Shown: positions 19,970 to 28,557 of the stretch, one piece after another | Position numbering within the stretch: the stretch's first letter is position 1 | Layout of the letters: each line of letters begins with the position of its first letter | Assembly (NCBI GenBank): GCA_043797085.1 | Contig: JAZDQA010000007.1 | Location: forward strand, 32,001 to 96,000 | Source: Pseudomonadota bacterium | GTDB lineage: Bacteria; Campylobacterota; Campylobacteria; Campylobacterales; Sulfurimonadaceae | Length of the DNA: 64,000 nucleotides | Reading direction: 5' to 3' | The notes under the pieces: model-generated | The model's database searches: none | What the model saw: the letters and a program-made list of their open reading frames with translations, nothing else | Told to the model about the DNA's origin: nothing | Made by a program: the position numbers and the translations under genes

Positions 19970-20680
19970 ATGAAACAGGGGTATACACAAGTCAAACGTA
20001 TGACACCCGCCATGCGCATTATTCATTGGGTAAATGCGATCTGTATGGTTGGAGCCGTCATCACAGGTCTTTATATCGGACATCCGTACTATCAGACGTT
20101 CATAGCGGATGGTGCGGTCGATAAGTATGTTATGGCGTGGAACCGTTATGGACATTTTATTATCGCGATTATTTTTGACGTTACATCGGTCATCATCGCG
20201 TATTTGTATTTTTTCAGCCGATTTGAAAAGCCGTATAAAAAGCTTATTCCGAATGGGAAAAATATTACCGAATTTAAAGCGGTATTGGTCAATCTCTTAA
20301 CGTTAAATCGTAAAAAAGAGTTTGATTCCTCCCATGCGGACAGTTTCAATACCGTTTATTTTACGATTTTTCATATACTTTTGATATGGATGCTTTTTAC
20401 AGGGCTTCAATTGTATGTGCATGGATTGGCGTCTGGAATCAGTTCTATTGGAGCATGGTGGCCGTGGATGCTTCATCTTGTGACAGACTGGACAATTCCT
20501 ATTACAGGCGGAAGTTTGATGGATGTTCGTATGGCTCACCATCTTACCATGTGGTTGATCGTATGCTGGGTCGTGTTTCATATATATTACCAAGTGTGGA
20601 GAACCATTTTCTGGAAAGAGGCGGATATCGCCATTGTTATCGGCGGATCTAAGTTTGTTAAAGACGATACACTAGATTAG
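19970..20680 (+). CDS. hydC: Hydrogenase b-type cytochrome subunit
   Basis: Four transmembrane segments with heme His ligands (RIIHW, YGHF, AHHL, FHIY). Confidence 0.92.
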   Translation: MKQGYTQVKRMTPAMRIIHWVNAICMVGAVITGLYIGHPYYQTFIADGAVDKYVMAWNRYGHFIIAIIFDVTSVIIAYLYFFSRFEKPYKKLIPNGKNITEFKAVLVNLLTLNRKKEFDSSHADSFNTVYFTIFHILLIWMLFTGLQLYVHGLASGISSIGAWWPWMLHLVTDWTIPITGGSLMDVRMAHHLTMWLIVCWVVFHIYYQVWRTIFWKEADIAIVIGGSKFVKDDTLD

Positions 20681-20754
20681 AACGCCAAAGGAATAATACC
20701 CAAGGGGGCACGCCGAATCCCTTTGGCTACGCTTGCCTGCCTCTTCGAGGCAGA
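20681..20754 (+). repeat. Intergenic repeat family AB, copy B, carrying a 19-nt insert (20697-20715)
   Basis: Homologous to the reverse complement of 6236-6310. Confidence 0.8.
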
Positions 20755-20842
20755 ATATTCTATGACGAAGATTAGCTTTTTTATAATCCTCCGGTGGGAG
20801 AGCTATAAAAGAACTATGTATTTTAGTTAACAAAGGGCAATT

Positions 20843-22765
20843 ATGGCATTTACGTTAGAGGTTCTTACCTCTTTTTCTCAACCTACGATTAAAAATTATT
20901 TGATTGCGATTATCCGTACATTCGGGATTAAAGCCGTTGTTCATCAACAAAAAACAAAAATTATTTGTGCTTTTGATAGTAATGATGAAAAACTCCAAGC
21001 GTGTCTGGAAGCGATCGGTACCAATCTTCCTGCATCGTGTTTCATGAGTAAAAGTGAGTTTTACGACATCGAGGGAGAACCCCAAACGGTTCCCGATTTC
21101 GAGGTAGAATATCCGGTTGCTTTGGGATTGTGTCCTGCTTGTCAAAAAGAGATGTTTGACCCTTCCTCAAAGCGGTACTATTACCCCTTTACTCACTGTA
21201 CCCATTGCGGGGGGCAATACGCTTTTTTCGATCATTATCCTTACGAGCGACGTAATACCTCCTTTTCCTATCTGAAACCGTGTGCTACGTGTGAGCGCGA
21301 ATCCGTCAGTTTTGGACGACGAGAAAAACAGGTATTAAACTCCTGTCACGAGTGCGGTATTCCAGTAAAACTGACCCATAAAGGCAATGAACGCTACGCC
21401 AACGATGCAGGAAGTTTTCGCACGATGTTTGAAGTTGCGGCGAAAGCATTACGCGACGGTAAAACACTTTTGATGAAAACGACGATGGGGTATCGGCTCT
21501 TTTATCGTGCGGATAAACTGGAACAAGGTTCGGTTTTAATGCTGACCAATGCGATGAAAATCACAGAGTATTGTTCTCTCATCCATGATGAATTTAATGC
21601 ACTGCTGAGTATCGAGCGTCCGATTTTACACGTGGCACTCAAAGATGAAACCCTGCGAAGTACGTTTGGCTCAACCATCGATGTCAAATATCCTGATGAG
21701 GGATTTTCGATTTTACTGGGGAAAGAGTTGACACTTTTAGGACTTGATTTCATCGTCTATAAGGCATTGGAAGCACCGTGTAATGCGGATTTTTTGATGG
21801 ACTTTGATTTAAACATCCAGTCGCAAAGCGATATGCGTCTTTTTATCAACAAAGAGGTGAAGTTTATCGCTTCGGGTGAGCGTGTTTCCTTTCCTGCACG
21901 TCTCCCATTTGGTACCGATACCCTTAGTATTGCCAATGGATTGGTAGGCATTAAAGATGAAAAAGGGATGCTGTTTGATCAGATGGAACGTTTTTCTTCG
22001 GCTTCCACGCTCAAAGTCAATCAGCTCGAAACCGAAATCCCTACCGTCCAATCCGCTAATTTTCACACGATGGCGGAAGATGAAGCGTCGTTTATGTCAG
22101 TCATTGCCGAGCATAACAAATTTGGAACCAAAATCGTCGGAGCTTATTTTGAAGGGGAACCGTCGTTTTTGTATTATGATGGGAAAAAAGTGATTCGAGT
22201 CGTCCCTCCTAAACCTTTTAGCGGTGTTGATCTGAGAGAAAAAATAGGGTCACTACGTGAGGGATCAAATCGGCTTATGGAAAATATCGAAAAGAAATTT
22301 CCTGAAATCTTTGAGGTTTTGTTAGTATTAGAAAAGAGCAATGCGACCCTTTTTGAAGCGACGGCGATGATTTTGGGACTGAAAGAAAAAAGCTATGAAG
22401 GGGTAATGAAAGAAGCGCTGAAGTTTATCGGTAAAGGGGGACTGCAAATCGATACCAAAGTGCATGACAACCGATTTAACCATGTTGCCTTTTTATCCAG
22501 TATCATCAGCTATAAAATAGCGGGTGTCGATTCAGTCTATTTGAGTTATTCTATCTTCGAATCATTTGGGGATTATTTCAGCGAACTTCTCACAGAGATT
22601 AGAGGGAAAACCAAGGCAACCGATATTGTTCTTTGCGGATCGTATTTCGCGGGACAATCGCTCTTTAGCCGTCTACAGAGAAATTTGAAGGCAACCCCTG
22701 TGCTGATGAATATGAATTACCCCATTGGGAAGGAAAACTGCGTTGTTGGTGGAGTCTACTTATAA
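20843..22765 (+). CDS. hydE: HydE, HypF-like hydrogenase accessory protein of Campylobacterota
   Basis: HypF-like Zn fingers (CPAC..RYYYPFTHCTHCG, CATC, CHEC) with a degenerate remainder; lies between hydC and hypF. Confidence 0.7.
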   Translation: MAFTLEVLTSFSQPTIKNYLIAIIRTFGIKAVVHQQKTKIICAFDSNDEKLQACLEAIGTNLPASCFMSKSEFYDIEGEPQTVPDFEVEYPVALGLCPACQKEMFDPSSKRYYYPFTHCTHCGGQYAFFDHYPYERRNTSFSYLKPCATCERESVSFGRREKQVLNSCHECGIPVKLTHKGNERYANDAGSFRTMFEVAAKALRDGKTLLMKTTMGYRLFYRADKLEQGSVLMLTNAMKITEYCSLIHDEFNALLSIERPILHVALKDETLRSTFGSTIDVKYPDEGFSILLGKELTLLGLDFIVYKALEAPCNADFLMDFDLNIQSQSDMRLFINKEVKFIASGERVSFPARLPFGTDTLSIANGLVGIKDEKGMLFDQMERFSSASTLKVNQLETEIPTVQSANFHTMAEDEASFMSVIAEHNKFGTKIVGAYFEGEPSFLYYDGKKVIRVVPPKPFSGVDLREKIGSLREGSNRLMENIEKKFPEIFEVLLVLEKSNATLFEATAMILGLKEKSYEGVMKEALKFIGKGGLQIDTKVHDNRFNHVAFLSSIISYKIAGVDSVYLSYSIFESFGDYFSELLTEIRGKTKATDIVLCGSYFAGQSLFSRLQRNLKATPVLMNMNYPIGKENCVVGGVYL

Positions 22766-22771
22766 ACTAAC

Positions 22772-22863
22772 GTTACACACTTTCCGAGCAAAGCCCGCAA
22801 AGTGGCAGGGACAAATGTCCCTACAACCCCCTAAAGCTACCCGTATCTTTCGAATACGGGAGA
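22772..22863 (+). repeat. 92-bp structured intergenic repeat, family CD, copy C
   Basis: 80/92 identical to the reverse complement of 51741-51832; three hairpins. Confidence 0.9.
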
Positions 22864-22873
22864 AGAACTATTT

Positions 22874-25135
22874 ATGATCAGTTATAAAATTACGATCAAA
22901 GGGTTAGTACAGGGGGTCGGATTCCGTCCATTTGTCTACCGCGAAGCCAAGACTCACGGAATGATGGGTTTTATCATCAACACTGCCGATGGAGTCGTTA
23001 TCGAAGCTGAAGGAGTAAACTCTGATGCTTTTATTAACGCTTTACGAGAAAATCTTCCTAAACATGCCCGTATTGATTCGATGGAAATAGTTGAGCATGA
23101 ACCGTGCGGTTATACCGATTTTGAAATACGTGAGAGTACTCTTGGCGTGGGTAGTGTTGCTATTCCTCTCGACACTGCTTTGTGTTCCGCCTGTCAAGCG
23201 GAAATGGATGACCCCTCTAATCGCCGTTACCGCTATCCGTTTATCAACTGCACCGATTGCGGTCCTCGTTACACTATCCTTCAAATCCCCCCGTATGACC
23301 GCGTTCGTACGTCGATGAAACAGTTTACGATGTGTGATGCCTGTCATGCTGAATATACCGATCCGACCTCGCGCCGTTATCATGCCGAACCTATCAGCTG
23401 TCCTGATTGCGGACCGACGTTGACGTTTTTGGACAATAAAGGGTCAGAGATAGAGGGTGATCCCATCGCGTTAGCGGTTGAGATGCTCAAAGAGGGGAAA
23501 ATTATCGCACTCAAAGGACTTGGGGGATTTCATCTGATGTGTGATGCGACTTCCGATACCGCCGTGAGTGAATTACGACTGCGCAAACATCGTAAAGCCA
23601 AGCCACTGGCCGTGATGTTTGGCTCACTTGAACAACTCCAAGAGTATGCTGTGATGGATGAAGTGGAGAAAGCGCATATCATGGGAGCTATCAAACCAAT
23701 CGTAATCGTCCATGCTAAAAACGATACAAATCTCTCGGAACACATAGCCCCTTTGATTGACCGAATCGGAGTATTTCTCCCCTATACCCCGCTTCATCGA
23801 TTGCTGTTTGAGGCTATCGATTTTCCGTTGATTGCCACCAGTGCCAACATCAGTGATGAGCCCATCATCGTCAGAACCGATGAGATTGTCCACAGACTGG
23901 GAAATGTTGTGGACGGGATTTTAAGTCATAATCGCACCATCGTCAATGCGCTCGATGACTCCGTAATCCAAATCGCGCAGGGACGTGTTGTGATGTTACG
24001 GATGGGGCGTGGATTTGCACCGCATACGCTTCTTTTGACAAACTCCATTGCGAAAAATATTTTAGCCCTCGGAGCACACCAAAAAAGTGCAATAGCTCTC
24101 GGAGTCAAAAAAAATATGGTGTTGAGCGGGCATATCGGTGATTTGGGAAGCATTGAAGCCGATGGCTATTTTGAAAAGACGATTCAAACGTTTAAACGGT
24201 TTTACGAGTGTGAACCAACACTTATGATTACCGATTTGCATCCGCATTACTCCTCAACACGCTATGCCCAAGTGCAAAAAAAAGAGCATTACGGAATCCA
24301 ACACCACTATGCGCATATACTTGCTTGTATGGGAGAATATGGTTTGGATGAAAAAGTGCTGAGCTTTGCGTTTGACGGTACGGGATACGGTGACGATGGG
24401 AAACTTTGGGGGGGAGAGGTGATGATCGCCGATACGCACGGGTTTGAACGGATCGGATTTTTAAAACCGTTTGCCCTTTTAGGCGGTGATAAAGCGATCA
24501 AAGAACCTCGCAGAATTGCGTTGTCGCTGTTGTTTGAGAGTTATAGCCTCGATGAAGTATTGGTATTGAAGTCACCCGTAACCGAAGCTTTTTTAGAGTA
24601 TGAAATCCGTCAGCTTCACCACATGTGGACTAAAAAACTTAATTCTCCGTTGAGCAGTTCGATGGGGCGGCTTTTTGATGCGGTTGCCTCATTGGGGGGA
24701 TTTATCCAAACTCTCGATTACGAAGGGCAGGGGGGGATGATTATGGAGCGTTTTGCGGATGACGCGATTACTCTACCGTTTGATTTTACTGTGACGGATA
24801 GGGAAATCGATATATCTCTTATGGTGAAACAAATTGTTGCATTAAGTACACAAAGCGATTCAAAACGGCTCATAGCCAGCCGATTTATCGCGACGGTTGA
24901 GGCGATGATGCAGTATTTTGTTAACATCTATCCTGAACTGCCAATTGTTATCGGTGGCGGGGTTTTTCAAAATCGTGCACTTATGTCTCGACTTTACCGA
25001 GATTTTGGTGAGGGAGCGTTTTATGCCCAACAGCAAACGCCGATCAATGATGGATCGATTGCATTGGGACAGCTCTATTATGCTGTGCATAATGAGTATT
25101 CTAAAGATGGATCCCCGGGTCAAGCCCGAGGATGA
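22874..25135 (+). CDS. hypF: Carbamoyltransferase HypF
   Basis: GLVQGVGFRPF, two Zn fingers, KGLGGFHL, DLHP, QHHYAH, FDGTGYG and NDGSIALGQ. Confidence 0.96.
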   Translation: MISYKITIKGLVQGVGFRPFVYREAKTHGMMGFIINTADGVVIEAEGVNSDAFINALRENLPKHARIDSMEIVEHEPCGYTDFEIRESTLGVGSVAIPLDTALCSACQAEMDDPSNRRYRYPFINCTDCGPRYTILQIPPYDRVRTSMKQFTMCDACHAEYTDPTSRRYHAEPISCPDCGPTLTFLDNKGSEIEGDPIALAVEMLKEGKIIALKGLGGFHLMCDATSDTAVSELRLRKHRKAKPLAVMFGSLEQLQEYAVMDEVEKAHIMGAIKPIVIVHAKNDTNLSEHIAPLIDRIGVFLPYTPLHRLLFEAIDFPLIATSANISDEPIIVRTDEIVHRLGNVVDGILSHNRTIVNALDDSVIQIAQGRVVMLRMGRGFAPHTLLLTNSIAKNILALGAHQKSAIALGVKKNMVLSGHIGDLGSIEADGYFEKTIQTFKRFYECEPTLMITDLHPHYSSTRYAQVQKKEHYGIQHHYAHILACMGEYGLDEKVLSFAFDGTGYGDDGKLWGGEVMIADTHGFERIGFLKPFALLGGDKAIKEPRRIALSLLFESYSLDEVLVLKSPVTEAFLEYEIRQLHHMWTKKLNSPLSSSMGRLFDAVASLGGFIQTLDYEGQGGMIMERFADDAITLPFDFTVTDREIDISLMVKQIVALSTQSDSKRLIASRFIATVEAMMQYFVNIYPELPIVIGGGVFQNRALMSRLYRDFGEGAFYAQQQTPINDGSIALGQLYYAVHNEYSKDGSPGQARG

Positions 25136-25190
25136 CGAGCTATTGTCATTCCCGCGTAGGCGGGCGAAGTGCCCGTTAGGGTGAATCCAG
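25108..25190. repeat. REP-like doublet (GTCAT..ATCCA family) overlapping the hypF stop; right unit carries a 19-nt insert
   Basis: TGGATCCCCGGGTCAAGCCCGAGGATGAC followed by GTCATTCCCGCGTAGGCGGG[19 nt]AATCCAG. Confidence 0.85.
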
Positions 25191-25215
25191 CTAAATTTTA
25201 CACTAAAGGAAAAAA

Positions 25216-25773
25216 ATGAACGCTAAAGTAGCATTGATAGGATCAGGAAACGCATTTTTTATGGATGAGGGGATTGGGCTTTATGCTGGTAAGTATCTCA
25301 AAGAAAATTTTACGTTTGCACCTGAATTGGACATTATCGATGGTGGGACGCTTGGGTTTGGGTTGATGCCTTTGTTGCAAGAGTATGAAGTTGTGATTAT
25401 TGCCAATACCAGTTCTGATGATGACAAAATAATCGGAAGTATTGATGTCTTAAGCGGTGATGAACTCATCGCCAATCAAGGGATCAAAAAAACGGCAAAT
25501 GAAGTCGAGATTACCGAAATGCTCCAAATTTGCTCGATGGCAAACCATTGTGCGCAAACCACGATGGTGAGTATCGTCCCTGAAGATATTATCAGCGTTC
25601 ATGTTGGGGTAACACCTGCTTTGCGCGAAAAATGGCTAGAATATATTGATGTTATTGTGGATGAACTGGCAAAATGCGGGATCAGCAGTACACAAAAAGA
25701 GTCTGTGATGGGATTGGATGAGATACTTGAACAGTTTGCAAACCCCAGTATCGAACACGGCAAAGGGTTTTAA
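25216..25773 (+). CDS. Hydrogenase maturation protease paralogue (degenerate metal ligands)
   Basis: GSGN..DEGIG and IDGGTLG are present, but IIANT and TANEV stand where Asp and His are expected. Confidence 0.82.
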   Translation: MNAKVALIGSGNAFFMDEGIGLYAGKYLKENFTFAPELDIIDGGTLGFGLMPLLQEYEVVIIANTSSDDDKIIGSIDVLSGDELIANQGIKKTANEVEITEMLQICSMANHCAQTTMVSIVPEDIISVHVGVTPALREKWLEYIDVIVDELAKCGISSTQKESVMGLDEILEQFANPSIEHGKGF

Positions 25774-26336
25774 TGTCGATCGTTGTATTGGGTGTCGGGA
25801 ATGTGCTTGAAGAGGATGACGGTGTCGGGATATATGCGTGTGCTTATCTAAATGCCAACTATACGTTCACCTCTGACATAGAGATCATCAACGGAGGAGT
25901 GGAGGGGATCAATCTCCTCAATCTCTTTTTGGAGAACGACCATATCATTATCCTCGACACGATCAATCTCGATGACAGTGCAGGGAGTATCTACAATATC
26001 CCATCCTACGAACTCAGCGGTTATGGGCTCAATAGCGGCGGTGCGCATGAAGTGGGGGTGATGCAGTGTTTGGATATGATCGAGCTGATGGGAAAACCGC
26101 TTCCAAAATCGAATGTATTGGGGATTGTCCCTGCAACCATTTCGTTTCGTATGGGACTAAGTCCAGAACTCAGCAGCCAGTTTGATAGCTATATTGGAGC
26201 GATTGTAAACTATCTCAAAAGCTGTGAGATCGAGATCATCTCCAAAGAGACGAGAACTACGCTCCAAGAAATTATAGACACGTTTAAATATCCTGCTCGT
26301 TTTGATCCTGCACTAAAAACGTCTCAAATTCTGTAA
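25773..26336 (+). CDS. hydD: Hydrogenase maturation protease (HyaD/HybD family)
   Basis: GVGNVLEEDDGVG, ILDT and GAHEVG. Confidence 0.88.
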   Translation: MSIVVLGVGNVLEEDDGVGIYACAYLNANYTFTSDIEIINGGVEGINLLNLFLENDHIIILDTINLDDSAGSIYNIPSYELSGYGLNSGGAHEVGVMQCLDMIELMGKPLPKSNVLGIVPATISFRMGLSPELSSQFDSYIGAIVNYLKSCEIEIISKETRTTLQEIIDTFKYPARFDPALKTSQIL

Positions 26337-28557
26337 TCGGCAATGGTCGGTTAAACAAATATCCTTGATAGGCAGTACATCCATTATTTTCGAGAAATTC
26401 TCGTTGAGCTTGTGTCTCTACTCCTTCGGCAATGACATTCATTTCCAGACCTCGACCCATGGTAATGATGGTTTTGGTGATCATCTCGTCATTTTTTTCT
26501 CCGGGGATATTGTCTACAAACGATTTATCGATTTTGAGCTGAGCGAGAGGAAGTTGTGCCAGATAGGAGAGGGAAGAAAATCCTGTCCCGAAATCGTCCA
26601 TAGAAAAGGTAATCCCTAACTGTTTAAGCGCATTCATCTTTTGGATGGTATCCTCGATGTTTTCGATAACGATACTTTCTGTGAGCTCGAGTTTTAACCG
26701 CATCGGATTGATCCCGCTGGCTTTGATAATACGTTCTACTTGGGTGACATAATCTGATTGCCGAAATTCTTTCCCACTGACATTGACGGCAATTTGAAGC
26801 GTACTCATGCGGGGATCTTTTTCCCATTTTTTGAGCTGAGAGCACGCAGCTTCCATTACCCAGTTGCCGATGGATAAGATTAATCCGGACTCTTCTGCAA
26901 GAGGGATAAAATCATCGGGCGCTACGAGTCCGCGCCGTGGATGCTGCCATCGTATCAGTGCTTCTGCTCCTACGACATGATTTTTTTCATCAACTTGAGA
27001 TTGGTAAAAGAGACGAAATTGCTCGTGTTTGATGGCGTGCTGAAGTTCTATCTCTAATGCACTGCGAAGGTTGAGTGCCTCTTGCATGGCAGGGTCAAAA
27101 AAGCGCAGGGTGTTGCGTCCTGCATCTTTGGCTTTGTAGAGTGCGAGGTCTGCATGTTTGAGGAGATCCTCGACCGTATCATCTTTACTAAGTAAGCTTA
27201 TGCCGATGCTAACCTTGCAATTGTATTCTACGTCATGAAGATTGAACGGTTTTTCCATTGTTTCACGCAGTTTTTCTCCTAGCTGCTGAGCCATTGTTGC
27301 AGCTTCTGTGGATTCTGTGCTTAGAGCATCCAGCAAGACAACGAACTCATCTCCTCCCTGACGACCTACGGTATCGGATTGACGGACACTGGCGCGCAGG
27401 CGTTGAGCTATATCCACGAGTAACAAATCACCCACCGTATGACCGCGCGTGTCGTTCAGTGTCTTAAAATGATCGATATCGACAAACAAAACAGCTCCAT
27501 ACGTTTCGTTTCGACCCGAAGCAGCGATGGTTTGAGCCAGTCTGTCTTGTATCAAGCGACGGTTTGGCAATCCGGTGAGAGGATCATAGTAGGCGAGACG
27601 GTGGATGGCGGCTTCGGCTTCTTTGTCATCGGTGAGGTCTGAAAAATTAGCGACATAATGAGTCGCACCTAATCCGTCAATATTTACTGCGGTAATGGTT
27701 AAGAGTTGGGCATAAAACTCCCCATTTTTACGCTTATTCCACATCTCGCCCTGCCAGTGTCCTTGTTCGTTCAATACTGACAATAAATTCGTATAAAATT
27801 CTTTTGTATGCCGTTCTGACTTTAGCATCGTGACAGCGTGTCCAATTGCTTCTTGCGCAGGATAGCCTGTTATGCGGGTGAAGGCTTGGTTGACTCGCAA
27901 TATAATCCCATGGGCATCGGTAATGATGATTCCGTTTTGAGATTCGAAGGCAATGGCGGCAATGTTGAGATCACTTTGAGTTTTTTTACGCTGAGTGATA
28001 TCGCTCAGTACGAGACGTAATATCAATCCGCCCTCACTGTTTTTTGAAAGTGACGTGTCCAGTTGCGCCCAAAATTGTGTACCGTCCCCCTTTATCATTC
28101 GTACCTCATACGACTGAGCTTGATGGGTTGAAAGAAATTTCTTATGGTGCAGATAATAGTTGTCTTGATCTTCACTGAAAATGAATTTGTTGAGCGGTTG
28201 GTGGATAAGAGCACTTTTTGGGATACCAAGCAAGATGGTGGCGGTGAGATTGGATTGGAGAATTTCTCCTTTTTCATTCAGCGTAAAATATCCTATCGGT
28301 GCCATTTCATAGAGGTCAAAATAGCGTTCTTTCGCCGCGTTAAGTTCAGTTTTACCTTGGCGTAATTCCTCGTTTTGCATCTCAAGCTCGATTTGATGAA
28401 CGTGTAACTCTTGGATCAGATAGCGTACTTTTTCAGGTGAAAAATCTTCGTCAAAAAGTGGAGTATCTTCATGAGAAAGGAGTTCGGCTTTTTCGCGTAA
28501 AATTTGGGCAAGGACCTTTGCATTTTTGGACCCACTTTTGATCTTTTTAGGGCTCAT
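26284..28557 (-). CDS. Coiled-coil + PAS-PAS-GGDEF-EAL c-di-GMP enzyme
   Basis: ELHVHQIELEMQNEEL, YDPLTGLPNR, GGDEF, EALIRW and DDFGTG. Confidence 0.93.
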   Translation of the reverse strand: MSPKKIKSGSKNAKVLAQILREKAELLSHEDTPLFDEDFSPEKVRYLIQELHVHQIELEMQNEELRQGKTELNAAKERYFDLYEMAPIGYFTLNEKGEILQSNLTATILLGIPKSALIHQPLNKFIFSEDQDNYYLHHKKFLSTHQAQSYEVRMIKGDGTQFWAQLDTSLSKNSEGGLILRLVLSDITQRKKTQSDLNIAAIAFESQNGIIITDAHGIILRVNQAFTRITGYPAQEAIGHAVTMLKSERHTKEFYTNLLSVLNEQGHWQGEMWNKRKNGEFYAQLLTITAVNIDGLGATHYVANFSDLTDDKEAEAAIHRLAYYDPLTGLPNRRLIQDRLAQTIAASGRNETYGAVLFVDIDHFKTLNDTRGHTVGDLLLVDIAQRLRASVRQSDTVGRQGGDEFVVLLDALSTESTEAATMAQQLGEKLRETMEKPFNLHDVEYNCKVSIGISLLSKDDTVEDLLKHADLALYKAKDAGRNTLRFFDPAMQEALNLRSALEIELQHAIKHEQFRLFYQSQVDEKNHVVGAEALIRWQHPRRGLVAPDDFIPLAEESGLILSIGNWVMEAACSQLKKWEKDPRMSTLQIAVNVSGKEFRQSDYVTQVERIIKASGINPMRLKLELTESIVIENIEDTIQKMNALKQLGITFSMDDFGTGFSSLSYLAQLPLAQLKIDKSFVDNIPGEKNDEMITKTIITMGRGLEMNVIAEGVETQAQREFLENNGCTAYQGYLFNRPLPITEFETFLVQDQNEQDI

